Shown here: one piece after another, positions 10,747 through 20,658 of the stretch
How positions within the stretch are numbered: the stretch's first letter is position 1
Layout: each line of letters starts with the position of its first letter
Source: Turneriella sp.
Lineage (GTDB): Bacteria > Spirochaetota > Leptospiria > Turneriellales > Turneriellaceae
Length of the DNA: 64,000 nt
NCBI GenBank assembly: GCA_965279515.1
Contig: CBDIID010000003.1
Coordinates: 1-64,000, forward strand
Direction: 5' to 3'
Notes under the pieces: model-generated
The model's database searches: none
Told to the model about the DNA's origin: nothing
What the model saw: the letters and a program-made list of their open reading frames with translations, nothing else
Made by a program: the position numbers and the translations under genes

Positions 10747-11358
10747 TTAGTTATAAGTTGCTGAAACCGCGACCCCAAAATAAAATTGGTGCGCAGAGAG
10801 GGTGCCGTCTTTGACGTTGCTATAATGAGCAACACCAGCCACACCGATACCGAATTTATCAGACACCATCCATTCTTGCCCGATATTGAGGTTTGCGCCG
10901 AATCCCGCGTCCGTTGAAAGGGATGCAATTCCGCTACTGAGTGTACCCTTTGCAACCCCCAAAGTTGTTCTGATGAAAAAATTTGAATCTGTTCGAAAGC
11001 CGATACCTGCGCCATACATGAATACAGAATAAGTTAAATTATTCGTGGAAGTGCTGGCGGTGGCAGATCCGTTAGTCACAGTAAATGTGGGATTAGAAAG
11101 GCTGTGCCCATCGATCGCACCATATAAGACTATGTTTTCATTTAATGAAAAGCCCAGTTTAGCGCCATATTGAAAACCCAAACCCGTGTAACTTGCAGTT
11201 TGGTTACCCGAACTTTCGGTGAAAATCCCGTAGCCCAAGCCGCCGTTGGCGTTGAGAAAGATTCCATCGTGGCCCGATGCTGGTTTTGTCGCTTGTGCTG
11301 AAAGTGATGCAGTTATGGCCATGATGGCAAGTACTGCGTATTTGTGTGTCCTATACAT
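10747..11358 (-). CDS. Small outer-membrane beta-barrel protein (2 of 3)
   Basis: AAGGAG SD, signal peptide, HDGIFLNANGGLGY, terminal FGVAVSATYN. Confidence 0.8.
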   Translation of the reverse strand: MYRTHKYAVLAIMAITASLSAQATKPASGHDGIFLNANGGLGYGIFTESSGNQTASYTGLGFQYGAKLGFSLNENIVLYGAIDGHSLSNPTFTVTNGSATASTSTNNLTYSVFMYGAGIGFRTDSNFFIRTTLGVAKGTLSSGIASLSTDAGFGANLNIGQEWMVSDKFGIGVAGVAHYSNVKDGTLSAHQFYFGVAVSATYN

Positions 11359-11482
11359 ATTAACTCCTTAAATGGGTCGATCGGTTTTGCGCAGTGCGCC
11401 AAAGTTTCCGTCAGCCTCTTAGAGAGTATTAACCCCCAGATATCTTATCTGTATTCAAATTTATCTGAGGGTGTGAAAATAT

Positions 11483-12103
11483 TTAAAGCGAAAAACTCAC
11501 CCCGAAGTTTATTACAAAGGTTGTTCCTTTCGTTTTATAGTTGGGTTGGCTGGCACCCAGAACTGATAAATCATAGGTCATGCTGCTAAAGCCAGCTTCG
11601 CCGAACAAGGCTAATGGGCCAATAATGGATATCTCCAGACCAAATAAAGCGCGGTATCCATTCCCTGAAAACTTGTATGCTTCAATAGATACTCCGCCAC
11701 CAGAAGCTGTCGATTTCAACGTGTCGATACCGTAGCCGACTTTTGCGTAGGGGGAAACCACCGGGATAACCAGTAGCTTAAACTGAACTTCGCCACCGAC
11801 ACCAAATTCGCTGTTCGAAGACGTGACGCCACTGCCGCTTACCGAATACGTATAGCTCATATCGGGCGCATAAACCAGGTAGGGACCGACGCCAATGGAG
11901 AGGACCAAAGGAATCGAAAAATTCAAATGCGCGGAGGTATTAATCGTCATACCCTTAAAATTTTGGTCAGGTACCTTCAATGAGCCTCCATTGTCGCTGA
12001 GGCTAACGTTATTGTATCCAAAGCCCAATTGGGCGTCAAAAATGGCTGAGACCGGGCTTGCCGCCAGTGTCGCCATTATGGCAATGATGTATAATTTTTT
12101 CAT
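11483..12103 (-). CDS. Small outer-membrane beta-barrel protein (3 of 3)
   Basis: AGGAG SD, signal MKKLYIIAIMATLAASPVSA, SPYAKVGYG, terminal NFGVSFSL. Confidence 0.8.
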   Translation of the reverse strand: MKKLYIIAIMATLAASPVSAIFDAQLGFGYNNVSLSDNGGSLKVPDQNFKGMTINTSAHLNFSIPLVLSIGVGPYLVYAPDMSYTYSVSGSGVTSSNSEFGVGGEVQFKLLVIPVVSPYAKVGYGIDTLKSTASGGGVSIEAYKFSGNGYRALFGLEISIIGPLALFGEAGFSSMTYDLSVLGASQPNYKTKGTTFVINFGVSFSL

Positions 12104-12248
12104 ACTGACTCCTAAGTGATGGATCAGGATGTGTGCGGCGCACTAGGTGTGCCGTCAACCCTTTGTCCATATTGGCATCCAGGTCTCGAGTCTGCATTCG
12201 TTTGTATTTCCGCTTGATTTTAGGGGGGCGATTCCCCGATACTGCTAT

Positions 12249-13802
12249 ATGAAGCCATTCAGCCTCTTTCTGGTAATTTTTACCGCTCTGCTGCCTATTC
12301 TGGCGCTCGAGGTCGACGAAGAAGAGATCAAGAGCAAAACCGGCATTGAGTTTATCAACGGTTCTGGCCGCCGGGGAACTGACTCGGTAACCGCGATCAA
12401 AGGCATCGGCAAAGAGATGGCCGAAGACGGCCGTTATGGCGCGTACAGTGTCATCCACGCAACGGGCAAGGGCGATGACAAATTTGACGCCGATATCATC
12501 GTGATCGGGGCCAATGCCAAGGTCAATCACATCAAGAACATCCGCCGCATCATCGAAGGTTATCTTGTGGAAAAATACGAGTATTCGGCGGAGGATGCCC
12601 AATCGCTGGCGCTTTTTGTTACCTATTACAATGGATTCTACCGCAAGAACATGGCTTATTTTAAAGAAAACTACAAGCCAGAAGTGACCCGTCACCTCAC
12701 CGCCGCAAACGCCGGCCTCGATCGTAAATATACCGGCTGGCCCGGCAAGTCACGTATTGTCATTCCGCTCAGCGACGAAGAGAAACCCGATGCCGGCAAG
12801 ATCGGCGAGAAAGAGGTGATGGATAAGGTGCGTAAAGACGAAAACGGCACCAAAGACCGGGAAAATATTACGAAACTCCAGGAAAAAGAGAACAAAAGAA
12901 AAGAAGACCGCGTGAAAAAAGAGCGCGATGACCTCGACAAACGCAAAGACGACATCGGGAAGAAAGAAGACCGCCTGAAAGAAGAAAAACGCCAGAACCA
13001 AGACAATCCTGACCCGAAAGATAAGGCTAAGAAGGACGAAGAGCTAAAGAAGAAAGAGGATGAACTCAATAAAGAGAAAGAAGTCGCGAAAAAAGACGAA
13101 CAGAAGGTTCTTAAAGACGAGAAAAAGGTAGAAGACAAAAAGACCGAAATCGCGCAAAATAAACAAAATATCCAGGCGGATAATAAAACTGCCGCCAATG
13201 CAGAACGCAAAAACGAGACGCCCGCGCAGCGCGAGTCACGCCTAGACGCCCAGGAAAAGCAGCTCAAGGAAAACCGCCCGCAGGACGGTATTTTTGGCGG
13301 CAAACTCTATTACCTGCGCGTGCGCGATTTTTCGACCGACGGCAAGTACCGCAATGATTTCTATATTATCGACCCCGCAAACCGCAAGGTGCGCGTGAAA
13401 TCGCCCTATGGTGGCATCGTCGGCAAGAAGTTCGACGTGGTCGAGAAAGACGTCGTCGTCATTGGCGAAAAAAAGACCGCTGCGGGGGCTATTTCCCACT
13501 ACCTCGTGCTGCTCGACGGTGAAACCCTTGTCGATAAATCGTACGGGTCGGATGAAGTGTTCTGGCGCGGCTTTGTCGAAGTGCGCGAGAATGAAATCTA
13601 CGCGATTGTCAGCAAGAACGGCAGCTATTATTTAGGCAAGTTCGACAAGAGCCTGAAGCTGCTGCAACGCAGCGAGGTGCAACTGCACGAAGACACGTTT
13701 TTCTCTTTCTACGAAAATACGATCTACGTGAACGGCGCCGACCGCAAGATTGAAGTCCTCAACAAGGCGGATCTCAAAGCGGTGGGGAATATAGTTCCGT
13801 AA
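12249..13802 (+). CDS. P83/100 family protein (spirochete)
   Basis: Signal then ALEVDEEEI...IEFIN, DADIIVIG, LALFVTYYNGFYR, WPGKSRIVIPL; central K/E/D-rich coiled coil. Confidence 0.8.
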   Translation: MKPFSLFLVIFTALLPILALEVDEEEIKSKTGIEFINGSGRRGTDSVTAIKGIGKEMAEDGRYGAYSVIHATGKGDDKFDADIIVIGANAKVNHIKNIRRIIEGYLVEKYEYSAEDAQSLALFVTYYNGFYRKNMAYFKENYKPEVTRHLTAANAGLDRKYTGWPGKSRIVIPLSDEEKPDAGKIGEKEVMDKVRKDENGTKDRENITKLQEKENKRKEDRVKKERDDLDKRKDDIGKKEDRLKEEKRQNQDNPDPKDKAKKDEELKKKEDELNKEKEVAKKDEQKVLKDEKKVEDKKTEIAQNKQNIQADNKTAANAERKNETPAQRESRLDAQEKQLKENRPQDGIFGGKLYYLRVRDFSTDGKYRNDFYIIDPANRKVRVKSPYGGIVGKKFDVVEKDVVVIGEKKTAAGAISHYLVLLDGETLVDKSYGSDEVFWRGFVEVRENEIYAIVSKNGSYYLGKFDKSLKLLQRSEVQLHEDTFFSFYENTIYVNGADRKIEVLNKADLKAVGNIVP

Positions 13803-13880
13803 CCCTCACCCCCAGCCCCTCTCCCTTATAGGGAGAGGGGAGCCGAAACCCTCCCCTATAAGGGGAGGGTAGGGAGGGGT
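13802..13880. repeat. GC-rich branched palindromic (REP-like) element, copy 1
   Basis: ACCCTCACCCC, hairpin CCCCTCTCCC/GGGAGAGGGG, hairpin ACCCTCCCCT/AGGGGAGGGT, closing AGGGAGGGGT; lies between convergent stops. Confidence 0.8.
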
Positions 13881-14551
13881 TAACGTAGTTGCCGACTCAA
13901 TCTCTCAGCCCGCACCAGACACGTTCTGTACTCCGCACTCTGCGGAGCGTAGTGCCGCATCGCTTCTTCATAGAACTGGCGCGCCCGCGCCGGTGCATTC
14001 ATCAGTTCAAATAACCGCGCCTTGTTAAAATAGAGGGCGGGGCTTTTCGATTTCAGGCGCGTGGCGAGATTGAGCTTTTTCTCCGCCTCTTTCAAGAGGT
14101 TCACATCGCGGTCTTTTTCAAAGAGCTTGATTTCAATCGCGGCCAGATTTATTTGCAGCGAGGGCTCGAGCGGCATCAGTTCAAGAGCCACCGCATAGTC
14201 GGCGCGCGCACCTTCCCAGCTTCCCTTCTTCTGTAAGAATTGCCCACGGTTATAACGGGCCGCGAACGAGCGCGGGGCGACGCGTACGGCCTCGTTATAG
14301 AACCTTTCGGCGAGATCATTCTCGCGCCAGTTTTCATGGACAATGCCGAGGTTGATTGCGGCCGAGACAAGCTCAGGATCCAGGGTGAGGGCGGTGCGGT
14401 ACTCGGCCGCTGCGGCTTTCAGGTCGCCGGCATTGTGGTGCCTGACACCGGTCTCAAAGGCGGCGAGGCCCGGGCTGGAAACAGGGGTGTTGGCTGAGAG
14501 GGCGCTTAAGGCAGCCAGCAGCAGAAAAAGCCCGGGGCGTGCAGGGGACAT
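13880..14551 (-). CDS. Tetratricopeptide repeat protein with signal peptide
   Basis: AAAEYRTALTLDP, NLGIVH, YNRGQF, ARADYAVALELMP TPR patterns. Confidence 0.85.
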   Translation of the reverse strand: MSPARPGLFLLLAALSALSANTPVSSPGLAAFETGVRHHNAGDLKAAAAEYRTALTLDPELVSAAINLGIVHENWRENDLAERFYNEAVRVAPRSFAARYNRGQFLQKKGSWEGARADYAVALELMPLEPSLQINLAAIEIKLFEKDRDVNLLKEAEKKLNLATRLKSKSPALYFNKARLFELMNAPARARQFYEEAMRHYAPQSAEYRTCLVRAERLSRQLR

Positions 14552-14590
14552 CCTGCTATTAACTTCGGCGCGATAGGAGTTTGGCTCGAT

Positions 14591-14740
14591 GGATTATATC
14601 AAGCTGCCTGCAAATCGGAAACGCTAATTTTGCCCGGGGACGGGCAAAAACACGTGAACCCCGCGTTTGCCTTGCAAACGCTCAGGGTTTCCGATTTTCA
14701 GCCCGGCCGTGCGGGCCGGGTTCGCAGCTTGTTATAATCC
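14591..14740. repeat. 150-bp fold-back element with 17-bp terminal inverted repeats (MITE-like or structured RNA)
   Basis: GGATTATATCAAGCTGC vs GCAGCTTGTTATAATCC (16/17 match); internal AAATCGGAAAC/GTTTCCGATTT stem and three hairpins. Confidence 0.7.
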
Positions 14741-15459
14741 TAGCGTTGTTCCATCGAATACGCCTTCGTGTACTCGGTAATAATCTCGAGAATAAAACGT
14801 TTCCATGAATCGCGGTCTTCGGGGTTGATCGAGATGTTGCGCAGGCGCGGTATCAGCGGCTGCGGTTTGATCGTCGAATGCAGAATTTCGAGCATGCGGA
14901 TGTAGGGGTCGGTGCGCGCAATCAGCTGGTAGAAGGCCAGCTCTTCTTTGACGCGTTCGGGCTGCATGGGTATGTAGCCGACAATCGCGAGTTTAGGGAA
15001 AAGTGCCTTATTGTAGAGCGCCGCGAATTCTTTGAACGAGTCGACACGGTCGATAAAGGCCTCGTAGGCGCCGCCGCCGATGTTCATGACCTGCGTTACG
15101 AGATCCATCGAGAACTGAATACCCACCGGGGTGCTCATGTCAGAGACGAGGACAATGCCCTCGTCGGGCTGGAATGTCTTGATCTGGTGGTCGGGCTTGA
15201 AGTGGCGCTTCAGCAGCATCACTTTCGAGATATCGATGTCGCTGCCTTTGGGAATCAGCACTTCGCCGTTCGTGAGTTTGATGTCATCGCGGCAAATGAT
15301 GAAGCGGCGCTTTTTGACATTGAGGTTGATGGTCCGCAATGCCTTGACTTTTTCTTCGAGTTCACTGAGCGAACTCGAGCCGATGCGCAAGATATTGGAC
15401 GATCGAATTTCGCCGGTCGACATAACAGGTAATTCCCAGCCCGCCGCTGAGAGTGACAA
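14740..15459 (-). CDS. Hypothetical cytoplasmic protein
   Basis: 239-aa ORF with host-like codon use; TTG start uncertain. Confidence 0.7.
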   Translation of the reverse strand: MSLSAAGWELPVMSTGEIRSSNILRIGSSSLSELEEKVKALRTINLNVKKRRFIICRDDIKLTNGEVLIPKGSDIDISKVMLLKRHFKPDHQIKTFQPDEGIVLVSDMSTPVGIQFSMDLVTQVMNIGGGAYEAFIDRVDSFKEFAALYNKALFPKLAIVGYIPMQPERVKEELAFYQLIARTDPYIRMLEILHSTIKPQPLIPRLRNISINPEDRDSWKRFILEIITEYTKAYSMEQR

Positions 15460-15507
15460 TAAATTTATGGCTTTCCAGCCGCCGCGGCATATCAGGCATT
15501 ACCCCGC

Positions 15508-16275
15508 TTGGTTCTCTTTCATTCTCTAAAAGACAGTATTGTCCAGATCGGTGCTGCGGGGGTCTTTCTGATCCGGTCCCTGCGTGGTGTCGTGCAGAGG
15601 CCTTTCCGCGGGCGCAAGGTCGTTTTTGAAATCTATGCGATCGGCTGGCAGTCGGTTGCGATCATCCTTTTTACGGGTTTTTTTACCGGTATGGTGCTGG
15701 GCTTGCAGGGATACCACACGCTGAAACGTTTCGGCGCCGATGGCTTCCTGGGATCGCTCATTGCCAAGAGTCTTTTGGCTGAACTTGCGCCCGTTTTAAC
15801 GGCGCTCCTGATTGTCGGCCGTGCCGGCAGCGCGCTTTGCGCCGAGATCGGCGTCATGCGCATCTCTGAACAGGTGGAAGCGCTCGAATGCCTCGCCATC
15901 GATATCTATAATTACCTGATTTCACCGAAGATTGTCGCGGCGCTGATCTCCGTTCCTCTTCTTGTGTTTATCTTTGCGGTCAGCGGCATGCTCGGCGGAT
16001 ATTTTTCCGGCTCGGTCATTCTGGGCATCAGCATCGGCGATTATTACCAGGGCATGCGCGATGTTGTGGATGCCGAAACCGTGCGTATGGCGCTCATCAA
16101 GGGGTTTGTGTTTTCCCTGCTGATCATTACGGTGTGCGGCTTCCGCGGCCTCTACGTGCATGAATATTCAGGGCGGGGGGCTTTGGCGCTTTCGCGCACA
16201 ACGACTTTTGCCGTCGTGATTTCTTCTGTGGGGATTCTCATCATCGACTATCTGCTGACCGCGGTGCTGATTTAA
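15508..16275 (+). CDS. mlaE: MlaE family lipid ABC transporter permease
   Basis: ELAPVLTALLIVGRAGSALCAEIGVMRISEQVEALE. Confidence 0.92.
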   Translation: MVLFHSLKDSIVQIGAAGVFLIRSLRGVVQRPFRGRKVVFEIYAIGWQSVAIILFTGFFTGMVLGLQGYHTLKRFGADGFLGSLIAKSLLAELAPVLTALLIVGRAGSALCAEIGVMRISEQVEALECLAIDIYNYLISPKIVAALISVPLLVFIFAVSGMLGGYFSGSVILGISIGDYYQGMRDVVDAETVRMALIKGFVFSLLIITVCGFRGLYVHEYSGRGALALSRTTTFAVVISSVGILIIDYLLTAVLI

Positions 16276-16276
16276 C

Positions 16277-17020
16277 ATGGCGAAAAAAACAGAAATCCAG
16301 AATGCCATTGAACTGCGGGGGATCTCGAAAGTCCTCGGTGGTCAGGTCGTGCATGAAAACCTCTCCCTGACCGTCGAGCGCGGTAAAACCACAGTCGTTG
16401 TGGGTGCCAGCGGTTCGGGCAAAAGTGTCATGCTGAAGTATATCCTGGGTTTTATGAAGCCCGACCGCGGCGACGTACTCGTCGACGGTGTCAGTATCCT
16501 GGGGCTGAGTGAAACACAGATGAAAAAGGTGCGCTCACGCTACGGCGTCGTATTCCAGGGCACGGCACTCTTTGATTCGCTCAATGTCTTTGACAATGTC
16601 GCCCTGCCTCTTGTCGAGAAGACCAAAAAGTCGCCAGCGGAGATCGAAGACCAGGTCATGCATTTTTTGGGCGAGATGAAACTTACCGAGGCCCGCTATA
16701 AAATGCCGGCCGAACTTTCCGGCGGCATGCAGAGGCGAGTCGCTCTCGCGCGCGCACTGCAGTTGAATCCTGAAATCATCCTCTTTGATGAGCCCACGAC
16801 GGGGCTTGATCCGCAGACCAGTGAAAGCATTTACGACCTGTTTATACAGACGCAGCGGCGTTTGAATTACACAGCGCTCATCGTCAGCCACGACATACCG
16901 CGCATTTTCCGTGTCGGCGATAATATTGCCGTCTTGAACGGCGGCAAAATTGAGAGCGTTATTAGTTCCAAAGAGATAAAAAAAGCAAAGGGCTGGCTGA
17001 AAAAAATGCTGGCGGCATAA
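16277..17020 (+). CDS. mlaF: MlaF-like ABC transporter ATP-binding protein
   Basis: GASGSGKS, PAELSGGMQRRVALARAL, DEPTTGLDP; between mlaE and mlaD. Confidence 0.9.
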   Translation: MAKKTEIQNAIELRGISKVLGGQVVHENLSLTVERGKTTVVVGASGSGKSVMLKYILGFMKPDRGDVLVDGVSILGLSETQMKKVRSRYGVVFQGTALFDSLNVFDNVALPLVEKTKKSPAEIEDQVMHFLGEMKLTEARYKMPAELSGGMQRRVALARALQLNPEIILFDEPTTGLDPQTSESIYDLFIQTQRRLNYTALIVSHDIPRIFRVGDNIAVLNGGKIESVISSKEIKKAKGWLKKMLAA

Positions 17021-17027
17021 GGACAAT

Positions 17028-17498
17028 ATGAAAAAAACGGAATTTTACGCAGGGACTTTCATTCTATTCGGACTCTTCTGCTTTAGTTATGTGGCCCTCT
17101 CCCTCGGGGGACTCCGGATTTTTGGCGATAATCGTTATATCCTGCATGCAGGTTTTATCTCGACCTCGGGTCTTAAGCCCGGCGCAACCATCGAAATTGC
17201 CGGCGTCCAGGTCGGCAATGTCACGGACATCTCGCTGCGCAATAATAAGGCTTTGCTGACGCTGCGTATCCGGCCCGATATCAAGATCCCGCTGGATTCC
17301 TCTGCGGCAATCCGCACGCGTGGCCTGATCGGCGAGAAATTCGTGAAAATCACCCCTGGTGCTGAAGACCAGATGCTGGCCGCAGGGCAGGAAATTGACC
17401 AGACCGATTCGGTCGTCGATCTCGAAGAGCTGATCGGCAAGTTCATGTTCGACAAAAAGGACGACGACAAGCCGGGCAAGGTTACAAAGAAGAAATGA
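17028..17498 (+). CDS. mlaD: MlaD/MCE domain protein
   Basis: N-terminal TM, GLKPGATIEIAGVQVGNV, IRTRGLIGEKFV, LEELIGKF. Confidence 0.92.
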   Translation: MKKTEFYAGTFILFGLFCFSYVALSLGGLRIFGDNRYILHAGFISTSGLKPGATIEIAGVQVGNVTDISLRNNKALLTLRIRPDIKIPLDSSAAIRTRGLIGEKFVKITPGAEDQMLAAGQEIDQTDSVVDLEELIGKFMFDKKDDDKPGKVTKKK

Positions 17499-17791
17499 AC
17501 GTTGAATTCCTGCGTGAACTCGAAAACCTGCTGAAAGACCGGCACAAAACCCGGCCCGCAGGCTCGTATACCACGAAACTCTATGATTCGGGGGTCCAGA
17601 AGATACTGCAAAAAGTCGGCGAAGAGTCGATTGAGTATATTCTGGATGCCCAAAATGCCGATAAACAGAAGGCAATCTATGAAGGCGCAGACTTACTTTA
17701 CCATTTCATGGTTTCCCTCGTGGCGCAGGGCTGGTCGCTGGGTGACATCATCGCCGAGCTGGAAAAACGGCATACTCCTAAGGGCGGCTGA
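17495..17791 (+). CDS. hisE: Phosphoribosyl-ATP diphosphatase
   Basis: SYTTKL, KVGEESIE, EGADLLYH. Confidence 0.93.
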   Translation: MNVEFLRELENLLKDRHKTRPAGSYTTKLYDSGVQKILQKVGEESIEYILDAQNADKQKAIYEGADLLYHFMVSLVAQGWSLGDIIAELEKRHTPKGG

Positions 17792-17798
17792 AACGCCT

Positions 17799-18935
17799 TT
17801 GAAGCTGCTCTGTTGTCTCCTTGTAACGGTTTCTGTCGCAGCCCAGGGCCCGCGGGCAACTCCGCCTGCTAAGCCGAACCCACCAGCTTCAAAACCGGCC
17901 GCGCCAGGGGCGAAACCCACAGCGCCTTCAAATCCGGAGAAGAGCGAACCGGCGAAAGAAAAGCCCGCAGCGGCGGCGACGCATCCAGACATCATAGCGC
18001 GTATCCGTGAAGCCCTGAAATTCGGCAATTCACAGCAGGTCAGGGATACCCTGAATATTCTGGGCAAACTTTCCGAAGCCGAGCAAAAGTCATTGCTGCC
18101 CGAACTCAAAAAAAACTGTCTTTCGACAGACCCGCTGGTGCTTCGCAAGATGGCAGAATTTATCGGCAACGCACCCTTCAAAGACCTGGACGAAGAGTTG
18201 CCGCGGTTTCTCGCCGACAAGAGTAACGAGCAACTGTTCTTTGCCACCATCGGCGCACTGGCGAAAAAAAAGCCGGCATCGGCTTTACCTGTACTCATCA
18301 AAGAAATCAAAGATCAGGATTTCTCCAAGCCCGGAAACCGGATTCCCGACGCGGTGCATCTTCTCATTATCTATAAAGACAATTCGCTGCAGTCCTTCCT
18401 GATCGAGAAGTTGCAGGCGGCTGACACCTATGCTGACTACCGCAGCGGTATTCTGAAATACCTTGCCGATTCTGGTCCCTGGTCTGAAACAATGAAGGGA
18501 CAGGTCTTAAAACTTTTCCAGGACGAAGCCGAGCCATTGACGGTGCGCGGTTCGGCCGCGTATGCTCTCGGCAAGGCACAGATCCAGGAAGCCAAACCCA
18601 AGCTCAAAGAGGCGCTGACGAAAATCGAAGCGCTCAAAGGCTCGGACGAGAAAAAACGTTATACACGTTTCCGCATGCAGGTGATCTCGGGTCTGATATT
18701 GCTCAAAGACAACGAAGTGAAAGAGATCCTGTTCGCGATGGCGCGTGATGACGATGAAATTATCCGCGCGCGCGCCGTGCACCAGATCGGCCTTCTGAAA
18801 ATACCTGACGCGCGCGAGCTACTCGAGTATAAATCCAAGTTCGATCCTGCGGTGCGGGTGCAGAAAGAGGCGAAAAAGGCACTCCACCTACTCGACGACA
18901 AAAAGGCGGTTGAGGAACCCCTGCGAGAGCAGTGA
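17799..18935 (+). CDS. Exported HEAT-repeat protein
   Basis: TTG start after hisE gives a signal peptide; P/A/K linker; VRGSAAYALG, IRARAVHQIG, VQKEAKKAL repeats. Confidence 0.8.
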   Translation: MKLLCCLLVTVSVAAQGPRATPPAKPNPPASKPAAPGAKPTAPSNPEKSEPAKEKPAAAATHPDIIARIREALKFGNSQQVRDTLNILGKLSEAEQKSLLPELKKNCLSTDPLVLRKMAEFIGNAPFKDLDEELPRFLADKSNEQLFFATIGALAKKKPASALPVLIKEIKDQDFSKPGNRIPDAVHLLIIYKDNSLQSFLIEKLQAADTYADYRSGILKYLADSGPWSETMKGQVLKLFQDEAEPLTVRGSAAYALGKAQIQEAKPKLKEALTKIEALKGSDEKKRYTRFRMQVISGLILLKDNEVKEILFAMARDDDEIIRARAVHQIGLLKIPDARELLEYKSKFDPAVRVQKEAKKALHLLDDKKAVEEPLREQ

Positions 18936-18942
18936 GGAAGGA

Positions 18943-19425
18943 ATGAAAAAACGCGAAGTTACGCAAAGGCTTAAGATATCTGCTCTCTTTGCGAAACTCT
19001 GTGTACTTTGCGTTTATCTGCTCTGCTCGTCCATAATGGGATTTCTCGCCCCGGACGATGTTACGCTCGAAAAAGCCGGTGAAACTAAAACCGACCCAAA
19101 CGAAATTTTCCTGAAATACCAGAGCCACCAGGGGGATTACCTGATTTTCTACGATCTCGAAGGCTCAACGTTGCTCGTACGCTACCGCGTCGACCGCTGG
19201 GACTACGAAAACGATACGCTCAGGGATTCGCTGCGCCAGGGCATCACTTATCGTGTGCGTGTGAAGAGTCTTAAAAAACTCGCAGAAGGCGAAGTGCCGA
19301 AAGGGGTGATGGGCTCAGGAGTACCGCTTGTTCCCGTGAAGCGTAAAATCCGCCGCATACGCGATCTCTACAGCGGCGATTTTGTTGCTGTCAACGAATC
19401 GGCACTGCGTGACCTGCGCTACTAA
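18943..19425 (+). CDS. Hypothetical membrane-anchored or exported protein
   Basis: In operon; GAGGAAGG SD; N-terminal hydrophobic, Cys-rich segment. Confidence 0.7.
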   Translation: MKKREVTQRLKISALFAKLCVLCVYLLCSSIMGFLAPDDVTLEKAGETKTDPNEIFLKYQSHQGDYLIFYDLEGSTLLVRYRVDRWDYENDTLRDSLRQGITYRVRVKSLKKLAEGEVPKGVMGSGVPLVPVKRKIRRIRDLYSGDFVAVNESALRDLRY

Positions 19426-20658
19426 ATGTTATTACTGCTGGTCATCGCGCTTACCTTTTTCTGCGCCTTTTATGCGGGCAGCGAGGCGGCGATTTTTTCG
19501 CAGGAGATTGGCCGGTTGCAACGCGGCGCACCCGAAGAATTTTCCCCGAAACTGCGTAAGACCCTGATTGGCTGGCTGAAGCGCCCTGAACGGGTGATCA
19601 CGGGTTTGCTGCTGGGTAACCTGATCGTCAACATCGCCATCACAGATCTCGGCGAAACCTGGATTACCAGGGAATTCGGGGAAATTCCGCATAAGCACAT
19701 CATTTTACCCATCGTTATCACGCTCTATGTGCTCACCTTCGGCGAGGTTATCCCCAAGATCGTAGCGCTGGTCTTCAAAGACACCTGGGTGCGCGTGCTG
19801 CAATTGCCGCTGCGCGGCTGGTTCCGCGTTGCCAACCGCTTCACCCTGCCTTTCGATAAGCTGACGACGGCGATCGTCAAACCGATTAAACCCGTGAAGA
19901 GCGGCCTTTCTGAGAATGAACTGGTCGAGGCCGTGCGCTTTGCCGAAGAGCATGGCCTGCTCAAGGGCGAAGAGATGCGGATGCTCTCGCGTTCCATCGC
20001 CTTTTACCACAACACCATCTATGCGACGATGATACCCCGCTCGCAGCTTCTGCTGCTGCCGTCAGACACGACCATCACGCAATGCAAAAAAGCTTTTGCC
20101 GGCAGCACACATGACTTTGCCGCGATCTACCGCAAAAATTCCCGCGACATTCTGGGCGTCGTATACCTGCGCGGCATCGTTCAGCTTCTGCTGCTCAAAA
20201 AAAAGGCTATCGACGGCAAGGTGCATACCGTGGATTTCCTCCCTGCGAGTATGTCGCTCTCGAATGCGCTGTCGGCACTCATTGAAGCGCGGCGCGACCT
20301 CGCTGCGGTCGTCGATGAGGCGGGGGCATTCATCGGCATGGTGACGCTGCGCGGCATCACCAACCACATTCTCGGGGCCAGCTTTTCCGCGGCGCCGCGC
20401 GACGAGTTTCTCACGCAGGTCGACGCCCGGCGTTTCAAGGTTTCGGCGCAGATGCCGCTCGACCGCTTTAACGAGATCTTCCGCACCAATTTTAATGCCG
20501 ACCTCAGTGAAACGATTGGCGGTTTTATCCTTGAGAAGCTCGACGGTTTTCCGCATGGCGACGCAGAGCTCGATATCGGCGGCCTCAGCTTCCGTAATTT
20601 TTCGGTAGAGGACCATAAGATCAAAACCTTTCAACTGACGGTGAAAAAGAATGCTTAA
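19426..20658 (+). CDS. CNNM/hemolysin-family protein (DUF21-CBS-CorC_HlyC)
   Basis: AGSEAAIFS, LLGNLIVN, FGEVIPK, MIPR, VVDEAG, ETIGGF. Confidence 0.9.
   Translation: MLLLLVIALTFFCAFYAGSEAAIFSQEIGRLQRGAPEEFSPKLRKTLIGWLKRPERVITGLLLGNLIVNIAITDLGETWITREFGEIPHKHIILPIVITLYVLTFGEVIPKIVALVFKDTWVRVLQLPLRGWFRVANRFTLPFDKLTTAIVKPIKPVKSGLSENELVEAVRFAEEHGLLKGEEMRMLSRSIAFYHNTIYATMIPRSQLLLLPSDTTITQCKKAFAGSTHDFAAIYRKNSRDILGVVYLRGIVQLLLLKKKAIDGKVHTVDFLPASMSLSNALSALIEARRDLAAVVDEAGAFIGMVTLRGITNHILGASFSAAPRDEFLTQVDARRFKVSAQMPLDRFNEIFRTNFNADLSETIGGFILEKLDGFPHGDAELDIGGLSFRNFSVEDHKIKTFQLTVKKNA

Noticed and set aside
13802..13880. CRISPR array or tRNA
   Set aside because: No repeat-spacer periodicity, no cas genes and no tRNA D/T-loop consensus
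14581..14808. 75-aa ORF, or integron attC site
   Set aside because: The ORF overlies the fold-back element; attC core boxes are not convincing and no integrase or cassette array is present
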